Assembly (NCBI GenBank): GCA_018400015.1
Contig: JAGYNB010000001.1
Location: 6,815-70,814 of the forward strand
DNA length: 64,000 nt
From: Candidatus Omnitrophota bacterium
GTDB lineage: Bacteria; Omnitrophota; Gorgyraeia; Gygaellales; Gygaellaceae
Reading direction: 5' to 3'
In this document: positions 40,612 through 50,071 of the stretch, piece by piece
Layout: every line of letters starts with the position of its first letter
How positions within the stretch are numbered: position 1 is the stretch's first letter
The notes under the pieces: generated by a model
Seen by the model: only the letters and a program-made list of their open reading frames with translations
Database searches by the model: none
What the model was told of the DNA's origin: nothing
Program-made: the position numbers and the translations under genes

Positions 40612-40677
40612 AAGATAAATAATTATTTTACTCTTTATGGGTTTTTGTTATAGTAGATAATGGAAAGGTAAAACGAC

Positions 40678-41046
40678 ATGAGCAAGATATTGATAATAGA
40701 GGATGAATCAGATGCAGCGCGTGTAGTGTCTAAACGTCTTAAAAGTCATGGTTTTGAAGTGATGATTGCCGAAGATGCCTATCAGGGCGTGAAAATGGCC
40801 CATGAAAATAACCCTGATTTGATAGTCTTAGATCTTATGCTTCCTGCAGGAGGGGGTTTAAGCGTATTAAAAAACATAAGACTTTCTTCGCAACTACAAA
40901 ATACCCCAGTTTTAGTGCTTACCGCTTCCAAAGACGAGCCTTATAAGAAGAAAATCATTGATGAAGGTGTAGATGCTTTCATGGAAAAGCCATATGACGC
41001 AGACCAATTTATCGCAAAGGTCGTTAATCTTCTAGATAATAAATAA
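40678..41046 (+). CDS. Standalone response-regulator receiver (CheY-like)
   Basis: ILIIEDE...DLIVLDLMLP...K phospho-acceptor architecture. Confidence 0.85.
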   Translation: MSKILIIEDESDAARVVSKRLKSHGFEVMIAEDAYQGVKMAHENNPDLIVLDLMLPAGGGLSVLKNIRLSSQLQNTPVLVLTASKDEPYKKKIIDEGVDAFMEKPYDADQFIAKVVNLLDNK

Positions 41047-41050
41047 AAAA

Positions 41051-43159
41051 ATGTCTTTACTTACAGATACATTAATTAAACAAGGTTTGATTACCGCGGA
41101 ACAGCTTGAAGACGCCAAAGCCAAACAAAGGGGAGCGAAAAAGCCGATTCAAGATCTTTTGGTGGATATGGGATTTGTTACAGAAGATGACATGTTGAAA
41201 GTTTCTTCTTCGGTATTTAACCAGCCGGCAGTAGATCTAACAAATGAAAAATTAGACTCAGAAGTACTAAAACTCATTCCCTATGAATTGGCGAAGCGTT
41301 ATAGCGTATTTGCTTTAAGAAAAGAGTCCGGCCATGTAATTGTTGCCACAAGCGACGTGCAAAATGTAATAGCTTTAGATGATTTAAGGGCAATTACAAA
41401 ACAGAATATAAAAGCATTTCTTTGTAAAAAATCACAAGTAAGCGAATTTATCGAAAAAAGTTATAATTTTGACGATTCTCTTTATGACATAATGAAGAAT
41501 TTTAAGGATGATGTAAAAATTGAACTTGTTAAGACCGATAATGACGAACTGGTTTCGAATAAAAGGTATGAGAAAACATTTGAAATCTCCCCTACAGTGA
41601 GATTGACGAGCCTGATAATAAATGATGCTGTCAAAAAAAGAGCAAGCGATATACATATTGAAGCGCAAGAAAAAATCAGTAAGGTGCGTTATAGGATAGA
41701 CGGGGATCTGAGAAACATTATGGATATCCCCATAAGTATTCACGCCGGTTTAGTCAGCAGAATCAAGGTTCTATCCGGTCTTGATATAGCCGAGACCAGA
41801 AAGCCTCAAGACGGAAGAGTTAAAATATCCCTTAACGGTAAAAGAATAGATCTTAGGATATCAACCATTCCTACCTTTCATGGAGAGAAGCTTGAAATAA
41901 GAGTGCTTGATCCGGAAGAGGCAAAAATTGAACTGTCAAAAATCGGTTTTGAAGATAGTGAAAGTAAGCTTTATAAAGAAGCAATTGTTAAGCCCCAAGG
42001 GATTATTTTGATAACTGGTCCCACAGGTTCAGGTAAAACAAGTACGCTTTACGCAACACTTAATTTTATAAAATCAGAAAATAAAAATATTGTAACTATA
42101 GAAGACCCGATAGAGTATTTGATTGAAGGCGTTAATCAGATGCAGGTTAATCCCGCTAAGGACGTTACTTTTGCCAATGGTTTAAGAAGTCTTTTGCGTC
42201 AAGACCCCAATATTATATTAGTAGGAGAAATAAGAGATAAAGATACCGCTGAGATCGCTTTTAGGTCGTCTTTAACAGGACACTTGGTTTTTTCCACACT
42301 ACATACTAATAATGCAGTAAGCTCAATAACCAGGCTTTTTGATATAGGTTTGGAGCCATATTTGGTGGCTTCTTCTTTGATGATTGTTGTAGCACAACGA
42401 TTGGTAAAGCTTCTTTGTCCTGACTGTAAAGAGGAATACATTCCGGAAGAAAAAATAAAAGAAGATTTTAAAAAATACATAGACCAGCTTAAAATTGATA
42501 AGTTTTACAAGGCAAAGGGATGCCAGAAATGCGGTTATTCCGGGTATTTTGGCAGAACCGCTGTTTTCGAGGTCTTAACGATTAACGATAAGTTGAAAGA
42601 TTTAATAGTTGCAAAAAGTTCTGAAAACATGATTTTGAACGAAGCGCAAAACGCAGGATTAAATTCACTTACCTTATCAGCGATGAAAAAAGTAAAAGCG
42701 GGGATTGTTTGTATTGAGGATGTAGCAAAAATAATCGGCGTAGCAGAGAAAGACAAAATCGTTCAAAAGTCCGTGGAAACCGGAGAAAAGCTAAGAATTC
42801 TTGTTGCCGATGACGAGGAAGATTTATTGGCTTTGGTTAAAAAACGTTTAGAGGCAGCCGGGTATGAAATTATCATCTCCAGAGACGGCGAAGAGTTGGT
42901 CGAGTTGGCACATAATAAAAAACCAGATTTGATTATTACCGATGTAACTATGCCAAAACTTAACGGATACGAAGCAGTCAATGCTTTAAAGACAAGTTTA
43001 GAAACCGCCTCTATTCCAATTATTATGCTTACTGCCCGTCAAGATAAGGATAGTGAAATTAAAGGGATAGATGTTGGTGCCGATGATTATATTACCAAAC
43101 CGTTCGATAAAGATAAGTTGTTAGCAAGGATAAAAATGCTTTTGAGAAGGAAAAAGTAA
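41051..43159 (+). CDS. GspE/PilB-family secretion ATPase with C-terminal receiver domain
   Basis: N-terminal T2SSE_N domain. Walker A GPTGSGKTST. Tetracysteine CPDC...CQKCGYSGY. C-terminal REC (ILVADDEEDLL...DLIITDVTMP...K). Confidence 0.85.
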   Translation: MSLLTDTLIKQGLITAEQLEDAKAKQRGAKKPIQDLLVDMGFVTEDDMLKVSSSVFNQPAVDLTNEKLDSEVLKLIPYELAKRYSVFALRKESGHVIVATSDVQNVIALDDLRAITKQNIKAFLCKKSQVSEFIEKSYNFDDSLYDIMKNFKDDVKIELVKTDNDELVSNKRYEKTFEISPTVRLTSLIINDAVKKRASDIHIEAQEKISKVRYRIDGDLRNIMDIPISIHAGLVSRIKVLSGLDIAETRKPQDGRVKISLNGKRIDLRISTIPTFHGEKLEIRVLDPEEAKIELSKIGFEDSESKLYKEAIVKPQGIILITGPTGSGKTSTLYATLNFIKSENKNIVTIEDPIEYLIEGVNQMQVNPAKDVTFANGLRSLLRQDPNIILVGEIRDKDTAEIAFRSSLTGHLVFSTLHTNNAVSSITRLFDIGLEPYLVASSLMIVVAQRLVKLLCPDCKEEYIPEEKIKEDFKKYIDQLKIDKFYKAKGCQKCGYSGYFGRTAVFEVLTINDKLKDLIVAKSSENMILNEAQNAGLNSLTLSAMKKVKAGIVCIEDVAKIIGVAEKDKIVQKSVETGEKLRILVADDEEDLLALVKKRLEAAGYEIIISRDGEELVELAHNKKPDLIITDVTMPKLNGYEAVNALKTSLETASIPIIMLTARQDKDSEIKGIDVGADDYITKPFDKDKLLARIKMLLRRKK

Positions 43160-44758
43160 ATGGACGATAATAAGTTTTTTCAAAGCTTGATAGACGCCAT
43201 AACCTTACCTATTTTTTATAAAGATAAAAACGGTACTTACCTTGGTTGTAATAAGGCATTTGAGATGTTTTTGGACTTACCAAAAGAAAAAATCATAAAT
43301 AATACGGTTTATGATATCTCTCCAAAAGATCTTGCCAAAATTTATGAACTAAAAGATAAAGAGCTTATTGATTCAAAAGGCGTCCAGGAATATGAGTCAA
43401 GCGTTGAGCATGCCGATGGGACAAGATCAAATGTGTTATTTAAGAAGAGTATTTTCAAAGACGAAAAAGGCGATGTTTCAGGGCTTATCGGGATAATTAT
43501 TGATATCACTGATAAAAAGCAGTTTGAAAACCTGTTGGTTAATGCCGTTAATGATTGGAAGTATACTTTCGATGCTATCACCGATTCGGTATCTATAATG
43601 GATAACGATTTTAACATTGTAAAGGTAAATAAAGCATTTTTAGATTTATTTAAGCTTAAAGAAGACCAAGTTATAGGTAAAAAATGTTATGAGATAGTCC
43701 ACCGAACCAACCAACCAATAGATAATTGCCCCCATACGAAAACAATTGCAAGTAAAAAAGCAGAAGAATCAGAACTTGCTTTTTCTCTAGAGGGTCCATT
43801 TGTCAGCGTTACTACATCACCGATATTCGATAAGGATAATAATTTTAACGGTGTGGTACACATAATACACGATATTACCAAAAGAAAAAAGACCGAGAAT
43901 GAATTAAGAGAGTCCGAACAGAAATTAAAAGCAATACTTGATAATATTGAAATAGGAGTGGCTTTGATCAGCCCAGATATGGAGATAATATCGTTAAATA
44001 AAAAGATGAAAAGTTGGTTTCCGGGTATAGATGTTAGCAAAAAACCTATTTGCTATAAGGCATTTAATAATCCGCCTAGAGACGAAAAGTGCGGTTATTG
44101 CCCTACGATTTTGAGTTTAAAAGACGGGCAGGTTCATGAGGCGATTACGGAAACACCAACAGGGGAAAAGATTGTAAATTTTAGAATTGTTTCATCAGTT
44201 GTAAAAGACGAAAAGGGCAATATTATTGCAGCAATAGAGATGGTTGAAGACGTTACAAAAAGAATAAAAGCTGAAATAGCCCAGAACAGGCTTGCTTCTA
44301 TTATTGACAATTCTGAAGATGCCATAATCGGTAAAGATTTAAATGGTAATATTTTATCTTGGAACAAAGGAGCAGAGAAAATCTACGGATATACCACAGA
44401 AGAGATAATGGGTAAACATATAACCAAGATTGTGCCACCTGAGAAGGCACAGGAAATAGAAATAATTTTGGATAAAGTAAAGAAAGGCGAAAGTATTATT
44501 CGAATGGAAACAATTCGCCTGACGAAAAAGAATATGAAAATAGATGTTTCTTTGACTATCTCTCCTATAGTGGATGCAGAAAAAAAGATTATTGGAGCTT
44601 CTGTTATTACACGAGACATTACTGAACAAAAAAAGCTTGAAAAAGAGCTTAAGAAAAGAATAGATTCTTTAGAGAGATTTCAAAAAATTACTATCGGGAG
44701 AGAACTGCGCATGAAAGAACTTAAAGAGGAAATAAAAAGTCTTAAATCAAAGCCATAG
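43160..44758 (+). CDS. Multi-PAS-domain sensor protein without a recognisable output domain
   Basis: Three or four PAS repeats (e.g. IIDNSEDAIIGKDLNGNILSWNKGAEKIYGYTTEEIMGKH). Ends in a coiled coil. Confidence 0.7.
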   Translation: MDDNKFFQSLIDAITLPIFYKDKNGTYLGCNKAFEMFLDLPKEKIINNTVYDISPKDLAKIYELKDKELIDSKGVQEYESSVEHADGTRSNVLFKKSIFKDEKGDVSGLIGIIIDITDKKQFENLLVNAVNDWKYTFDAITDSVSIMDNDFNIVKVNKAFLDLFKLKEDQVIGKKCYEIVHRTNQPIDNCPHTKTIASKKAEESELAFSLEGPFVSVTTSPIFDKDNNFNGVVHIIHDITKRKKTENELRESEQKLKAILDNIEIGVALISPDMEIISLNKKMKSWFPGIDVSKKPICYKAFNNPPRDEKCGYCPTILSLKDGQVHEAITETPTGEKIVNFRIVSSVVKDEKGNIIAAIEMVEDVTKRIKAEIAQNRLASIIDNSEDAIIGKDLNGNILSWNKGAEKIYGYTTEEIMGKHITKIVPPEKAQEIEIILDKVKKGESIIRMETIRLTKKNMKIDVSLTISPIVDAEKKIIGASVITRDITEQKKLEKELKKRIDSLERFQKITIGRELRMKELKEEIKSLKSKP

Positions 44759-44771
44759 GTTAAGTTAGAAA

Positions 44772-45110
44772 ATGAGTTGTCCATATTTTAAAGATTATAC
44801 AAGAGAGTGCTGGGAAAAGATTGGCGAGCTTCCTGTGGATACGTTTTATTTTTGTGATAGTGAGAAATATATCGATTGTCCATTTTATATCAAAATTGAA
44901 AAGACTAAAAATATTTGCAAGAATGTAGATAACTGCGAGGCCTTTAAATTTTTTAAAAGCATAAATTTTGATGAATTTTTGAAAATTACTACGATTTTTT
45001 GTCTTAGCGATAATAGCATTAATTGTAAACGCTATATTTTAAAAGATTCAGGAAAAGAAGTTCCTTTAGACCTGCATCCTGACGGATCAAAAATAGAAGA
45101 GAATATATAA
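44772..45110 (+). CDS. Small Cys-rich protein (8 Cys in 112 aa)
   Basis: MSCPYF...CWEK...FCDSEKYIDCPFY...CKNVDNCEAF. Lies between the PAS protein and the kinase. Confidence 0.4.
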   Translation: MSCPYFKDYTRECWEKIGELPVDTFYFCDSEKYIDCPFYIKIEKTKNICKNVDNCEAFKFFKSINFDEFLKITTIFCLSDNSINCKRYILKDSGKEVPLDLHPDGSKIEENI

Positions 45111-47171
45111 ATGGCACAGCGCAAAACAGGCGTTAAAAGAAAAATTATTTTATTTGTATTGTTTACAGGAATAATTATATCTGTAGTTTCGCTTATTTTA
45201 AGTTTTGTAATTGCCAGCCGCACGATTAAGCAAGAAGCAGGAAGAAATTTTTCTAAGACCGCTTTTATAGTATCAAGGTATGCAAATGATATATTGATGC
45301 AGAAGGTTGAGGAAATCCGCATGCATTTAACCAGCCCTATGTGGCAGAACGCAATAAATGATCAAAATTCTGATTATGCAGGAAAGACGAACGAGGGAAT
45401 TATAAAGTTTTTAAAAGTCAATGACATCGAGTGGCTTAAAGCTAAAAAAGACAGCGGTTTTATAAAAAAATATCTTGATAACCCAATGGGTATAAGGTTA
45501 AGGAATTTAGCTAATGCAGATAATAATTTATTAGAGATCTTCTTAACCGACAGATACGGAGGTTTAGTTGCCGCAAGCAGCAAAACAAGCGATTTTTATC
45601 AAGCAGATGAATCGTGGTGGCAAAAAGCATATAATCAGGGAAAAGGGGCAGTTGTCATTGAAGATATTTCTTTTGATGAATCCGCAAGACAAATGACTTT
45701 AGATATTGCTGTTCCCTACATAGAGAATGGGGAGGTTTTAGGAGTGTGTAAGGTAGTATTGAATATACAGCAAATATTCAGCACATTAGAAACTTTGCCT
45801 TTTTTGGACACAAGCCATGTTTCAATATTGAAAAAAAGCGGACTTGTAGTTTTTCATAAAGATGTTAAACCTTTAAGCACGCATATTATTTCAGGGGACA
45901 TAATTCCACAGTGGTTGGCATCTAATAAGCTTGCAGGAGTTTTAAAAGAACACCTTGATAATCATAAGATATTTGCTTCCATAATCAGACTTGATAATCC
46001 CTTGTTGATACAAAACGGTGTTGAATGGTACGTGCTTTATGGGAAAAACCTTAAAGACGTATTTTTCCCTCAAAAGGATCTAATCTTTGGATTGATTTTA
46101 GCTTTTTTATTGACTGTTAGTTTTACTGTGCCTTTGGGGTATTATTTGGGAGGTATTTTTACAAAACCTTTATACGAGCTTCATGTTGCTACAGAAAAAA
46201 TAATTGATGGTGACTGGAATTTTAACCTAGATATAAATACTAATGATGAAATTGAACAGTTTGCTGACGACTTTAAAAATATGGTTGAGCGTTTAAAGAA
46301 TCAGCAGCTTGAAACCAGCAATGCTAGGTTTGAACTGGAAGAGTTAAATAAGAATCTTGAAAAAAAAGTAGAAGAGCGTACGAAAGAATTAAACGATGCA
46401 CAAGATGCCAGTTTAAACATATTAGAGGATTTAACTTTAGCAAAAGACAGTTTAGATAAATACTCTAAAGAATTAGAAAAGGCAATTAGGATAAAGTCCG
46501 AGTTTACTTCTATGGTTTCTCATGAGCTGAGGACTCCCTTGGCTGCTATAAAAGAAGGGATTTCTATAGTTTATGATGAAGAGACAGGTAAAATTAGCCC
46601 TGAGCAAAAAGAATTTTTGGAAATAGCCAAGCGTAATGTTGATAGATTGGCGCGTTTGATTAATGATGTGTTGGATTTTTCAAAGCTTGAGGCAGGCAAG
46701 TTAGATTTTAATATAAAAGGGAATAATATTAATGAAATTATTCAAGAAGTTCAAGATATAATGATGCCTATTGTTTCTGAAAAGGGTTTGGCTATTGAGG
46801 TAGATTTGCAAAAAGATATTCTTTTGGTTAATTTTGACAGGGATAAGATTATCCAGGTTTTGACCAATCTTGTTAATAACGCGGTTAAATTTACAGATAA
46901 AGGTAAAATTACGATTTCTAGTGTTCTAAAAGGTGATGTCTTGTTGGTTTCTGTAAAAGATACCGGTAGAGGAATTAAAAAAGAAGATTTACCTAGATTG
47001 TTCCATCAGTTTGAACAGCTTGAGAAGGGCAGCGGAAGAAAAACAGGCGGTACAGGTTTAGGTTTGGCGATAAGCAAGCAAATAATAAAAGCACATAATG
47101 GTAGTATCTGGGTAGAATCGAAATTCGGAGAAGGATCGATTTTTAATTTCACTTTACCGGTAGGAGAATAA
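45111..47171 (+). CDS. Membrane sensor histidine kinase
   Basis: N-terminal TM, a ~280-aa periplasmic sensor, second TM, HAMP, HisKA (SHELRTPL), HATPase_c (G-boxes GTGLGLAI). Confidence 0.9.
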   Translation: MAQRKTGVKRKIILFVLFTGIIISVVSLILSFVIASRTIKQEAGRNFSKTAFIVSRYANDILMQKVEEIRMHLTSPMWQNAINDQNSDYAGKTNEGIIKFLKVNDIEWLKAKKDSGFIKKYLDNPMGIRLRNLANADNNLLEIFLTDRYGGLVAASSKTSDFYQADESWWQKAYNQGKGAVVIEDISFDESARQMTLDIAVPYIENGEVLGVCKVVLNIQQIFSTLETLPFLDTSHVSILKKSGLVVFHKDVKPLSTHIISGDIIPQWLASNKLAGVLKEHLDNHKIFASIIRLDNPLLIQNGVEWYVLYGKNLKDVFFPQKDLIFGLILAFLLTVSFTVPLGYYLGGIFTKPLYELHVATEKIIDGDWNFNLDINTNDEIEQFADDFKNMVERLKNQQLETSNARFELEELNKNLEKKVEERTKELNDAQDASLNILEDLTLAKDSLDKYSKELEKAIRIKSEFTSMVSHELRTPLAAIKEGISIVYDEETGKISPEQKEFLEIAKRNVDRLARLINDVLDFSKLEAGKLDFNIKGNNINEIIQEVQDIMMPIVSEKGLAIEVDLQKDILLVNFDRDKIIQVLTNLVNNAVKFTDKGKITISSVLKGDVLLVSVKDTGRGIKKEDLPRLFHQFEQLEKGSGRKTGGTGLGLAISKQIIKAHNGSIWVESKFGEGSIFNFTLPVGE

Positions 47172-47173
47172 AA

Positions 47174-47548
47174 GTGGCAAGAAAGATATTAATTGTTGAT
47201 GATGAAGAAGATGTTTTAAAAGTTGCCAGTTACAGGATAAGGAAAATGGGGTTTGATGTAATACAGGCTATGGATGGTCAGCAATGCCTAGATATGTTAA
47301 AAAAAGATAAGCCAGATCTTATACTATTAGATTTGAGATTGCCTGTTATCGACGGAGGAGAGGTTTGTAAGAATATCAAGGCTGATGAAGACTTAAAGAA
47401 AATACCGGTAATCATCTTTACAGCCAGCACGGATAAACTTGAAGATAAAACAATTAAAATGGGAGCAGATGCTTATTTAACAAAGCCATTTGATCCGGAG
47501 AAAATGCGCTTAAAAATCAATGAGCTTTTGGGGATAGAAAATGGATAA
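47174..47548 (+). CDS. Standalone response-regulator receiver
   Basis: ILIVDDEEDVL...DLILLDLRLP. Confidence 0.85.
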   Translation: MARKILIVDDEEDVLKVASYRIRKMGFDVIQAMDGQQCLDMLKKDKPDLILLDLRLPVIDGGEVCKNIKADEDLKKIPVIIFTASTDKLEDKTIKMGADAYLTKPFDPEKMRLKINELLGIENG

Positions 47549-47933
47549 AATAAAGATTTTATTGATAGATGACGAGAAAGATTTTCTTAAGATAATCGGC
47601 TCTCGGTTAGAGAAATGGGGTTATGAATTGTTAATTGCTGAAGATGCAACTAGCGGTCTAAAACAATTTCAGGAAAATAATCCCGATATAATAATTTTGG
47701 ATTATTTAATGCCGCATGAAGACGGGCTAGAGTTGTTGAAGAAAATCAGAAGAATAAACGCAGACGTACCTGTTGTGATGTTTACTGCCTTTGCGAATAC
47801 AGAACTTATGAAGGAGACTCAGAAGTTCAATATTAGTGCATTTATTCCCAAAATGAGTGTTTATTCCGATGCCCAGGTGTCTTTAAAATCTAGCCTGGAG
47901 TTGATTGCTAACAATTTAAAAAATGAACGATAA
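47541..47933 (+). CDS. Standalone response-regulator receiver
   Basis: ILLIDDEKDFL...DIIILDYLMP. Confidence 0.85.
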   Translation: MDKIKILLIDDEKDFLKIIGSRLEKWGYELLIAEDATSGLKQFQENNPDIIILDYLMPHEDGLELLKKIRRINADVPVVMFTAFANTELMKETQKFNISAFIPKMSVYSDAQVSLKSSLELIANNLKNER

Positions 47934-48300
47934 GAGAAAAATTCTGATTGTAGACGATGAAAAGGATTTAGTCAAAACCCTTAAATTTAGGCTAGAAAAA
48001 AATAATTACGAAGTAATATATGCATATGATGGATTTGAAGGCTTGGAAAGGGCGAAAAAAGAAAACCCAGATCTTATAATTCTGGACTTAATGCTGCCGA
48101 AAAAAGATGGTTATAAGGTTTGCCGGATGCTTAAGTTCGATATAAATTACAGAGATATACCGATAATAATTCTTAGCGCGCGCAAGAAACAGGAAGATAT
48201 AGATTTGGCAATGTCATCGGGAGCAAATAAATATGTTACTAAGCCGTTTGATTTTGAAGATATTTTGAGTAAAATTAAGTTTCATTTGAAAGATAAATGA
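47923..48300 (+). CDS. Standalone response-regulator receiver
   Basis: ILIVDDEKDLV...DLIILDLMLPKKDG. Confidence 0.85.
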   Translation: MNDKRKILIVDDEKDLVKTLKFRLEKNNYEVIYAYDGFEGLERAKKENPDLIILDLMLPKKDGYKVCRMLKFDINYRDIPIIILSARKKQEDIDLAMSSGANKYVTKPFDFEDILSKIKFHLKDK

Positions 48301-48343
48301 ATTTGACTTAAAGGCCACATTATTTTATAATACATACTTCTTT

Positions 48344-48420
48344 GGGCGGTTAGTTCAGCTGGTTAGAACGCATGACTTACATTCATGAGGTCAGGGGTTC
48401 AAGTCCTCTACCGCCCACCA
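48344..48420 (+). tRNA. tRNA-Val (anticodon UAC)
   Basis: GGGCGGT acceptor. Anticodon arm CATGA-CTTACAT-TCATG. T-arm GGTTCAAGTCC. Encoded CCA. Confidence 0.85.
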
Positions 48421-48474
48421 ATTAAAAAAAACTTGCCAAGCGAGGGTTTTTAGGATAAAATTACTTTGCTTTTG

Positions 48475-48553
48475 GGGCCCGTGGTGCAGTCTGGTTCAGC
48501 ACGTCAGATTGTCGATCTGAAGACCGCGAGTTCAAATCTCGTCGGGCCCGCCA
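48475..48553 (+). tRNA. tRNA-Asp (anticodon GUC)
   Basis: Acceptor GGGCCCG/CGGGCCC. Anticodon arm TCAGA-TTGTCGA-TCTGA. T-arm GCGAGTTCAAATCTCGT. Encoded CCA. Confidence 0.8.
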
Positions 48554-48662
48554 AATTATTTTTTATTGCCTTAGAAATTTTAAAATATCAAAGGTTAATC
48601 CAATAGTTAATTTTATAAAGAAATTCCATCCAAGAAAGCTATTAAAATTTCTTATTTTTATT

Positions 48663-49637
48663 TTGTTTCTGACAGTAAGTTCTTTAGTTTTATTAGAATT
48701 GACTGTAAGAATATTTCTTCCAAAAGGTTCCTCCGCTTTTTATGACAAATTAGAAGATTGGCCCTTTCCGAAATTGTCTGACAAATACCACATTGTGGCT
48801 TCAGATACGTTAGGATTCGAATTAGTTTCAAATGCAAACACGCCAGAATATTCTTTTAATACAAATTCATTAGGCATGTTAGATAAGGAGTATTCTTTAG
48901 AAAAAAAAGACAGTGTTTATAGAATAATCTGCGTTGGTGATTCAACGACTTCGTTTCCCGGCAAGATGACATTTCCACATTTTCTCGAACAGTTATTGTT
49001 TAGAGAAACCAAAGATAAGAATTTTGAAGTCTGGAAGGCAGGGGTTCCCGGATATAATCTTATTCAAAACTGTAAAGCGATAAGAAAAAAATGGATCAAT
49101 TATGATCCTGATTTAGTAATATTGGGTTTTTGTTTAAACGATTTTGATACCACGCCCATAATTACTTTTGAAGAAAATATGGTCGTTGCATATTTTTCAG
49201 ATAGGGAGATTGCTAGTTTGGCTAATTCATTTCTTCTACGGTTTTCTGCCTTGTATCGGGCAGTATTTGAAATATTTATGAAATTTAAAAGTGATTCGCT
49301 CTATGGTCTCGAAGCGCATACCAAAGAGCTTATTAAAATTAAAAGTGTGTTGGAAGAAAACAATATTCCTTTTGTTTTAGCAATTATACCTTTTGCTGCA
49401 GAATACAATGATTATCCAAAGAGATTTAAATATCATTATAATATAATTAAGTATGTTTGTGAACATTCTGGAATTAAATATTTAGATTTTGTTAAAGCCT
49501 TCGAGGGGAGTTCACCAGAAAAGTTAGCGTTTAGCAGCGCAGACCACGTACATTTAAATAAAAAAGGGAATACGGCTATAGCTAATAAACTGTTTAATTA
49601 TTTAAAAGATAACTATTTAACAACAAATTCCTATTGA
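48663..49637 (+). CDS. SGNH/GDSL-family hydrolase with N-terminal membrane anchor
   Basis: Block I ICVGDSTT. Later GxND-like (CLNDFD) and D-x-x-H (DHVHLNKKGN) motifs. Confidence 0.65.
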   Translation: MFLTVSSLVLLELTVRIFLPKGSSAFYDKLEDWPFPKLSDKYHIVASDTLGFELVSNANTPEYSFNTNSLGMLDKEYSLEKKDSVYRIICVGDSTTSFPGKMTFPHFLEQLLFRETKDKNFEVWKAGVPGYNLIQNCKAIRKKWINYDPDLVILGFCLNDFDTTPIITFEENMVVAYFSDREIASLANSFLLRFSALYRAVFEIFMKFKSDSLYGLEAHTKELIKIKSVLEENNIPFVLAIIPFAAEYNDYPKRFKYHYNIIKYVCEHSGIKYLDFVKAFEGSSPEKLAFSSADHVHLNKKGNTAIANKLFNYLKDNYLTTNSY

Positions 49638-49661
49638 CAAAAGCTCCATGCATGATATTAT
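49634..49661 (+). promoter_or_regulatory. Sigma70-type promoter for cspA
   Basis: TTGACA - 16 nt - TATTAT, followed by a ~105-nt 5'UTR. Confidence 0.45.
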
Positions 49662-49764
49662 TAAAATATAATAAGGAGCAAGAATCACAAGCCGTAAGGT
49701 TGGATCTCTGAGCTTTGCGGTTTTTGTTTAGTTAACAGGGATACGTTGTCGAAAGGAGAAAGCA

Positions 49765-49968
49765 GTGGCAACAAAAGGCAAGGTAAAGTGGTTTAATAAC
49801 AAAAAAGGTTACGGATTTATTACTCTTGAATCCGGGAATGATGTTTTCGTTCATTATAAGTCGATAGGTGGCGATGGTTATAAGACTTTGAACGAAGGAG
49901 ACGCTGTTGAGTTTGATGTTGAACAAGGCCCAAAAGGCGAGCATGCAGTCAACGTAGTTAAGTTATAA
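49765..49968 (+). CDS. cspA: Cold-shock protein (CspA family)
   Basis: [16 protein letters not shown]...VFVHY RNP motifs. GTG start with RBS AAAGGAGAAAG. Confidence 0.9.
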   Translation: MATKGKVKWFNNKKGYGFITLESGNDVFVHYKSIGGDGYKTLNEGDAVEFDVEQGPKGEHAVNVVKL

Positions 49969-49985
49969 AACCGAACAAACAGATA

Positions 49986-50019
49986 GGCCCGAGCATTTTT
50001 TGCTTCGGGCCTGTTTTTT
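49986..50019 (+). terminator. Intrinsic terminator after cspA
   Basis: GGCCCGAGCA/TGCTTCGGGCC hairpin followed by TGTTTTTT. Confidence 0.6.
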
Positions 50020-50071
50020 AATAAAACCTTTGATTTCATAGTGCATATATGCTAATTTATAACTTAATATT

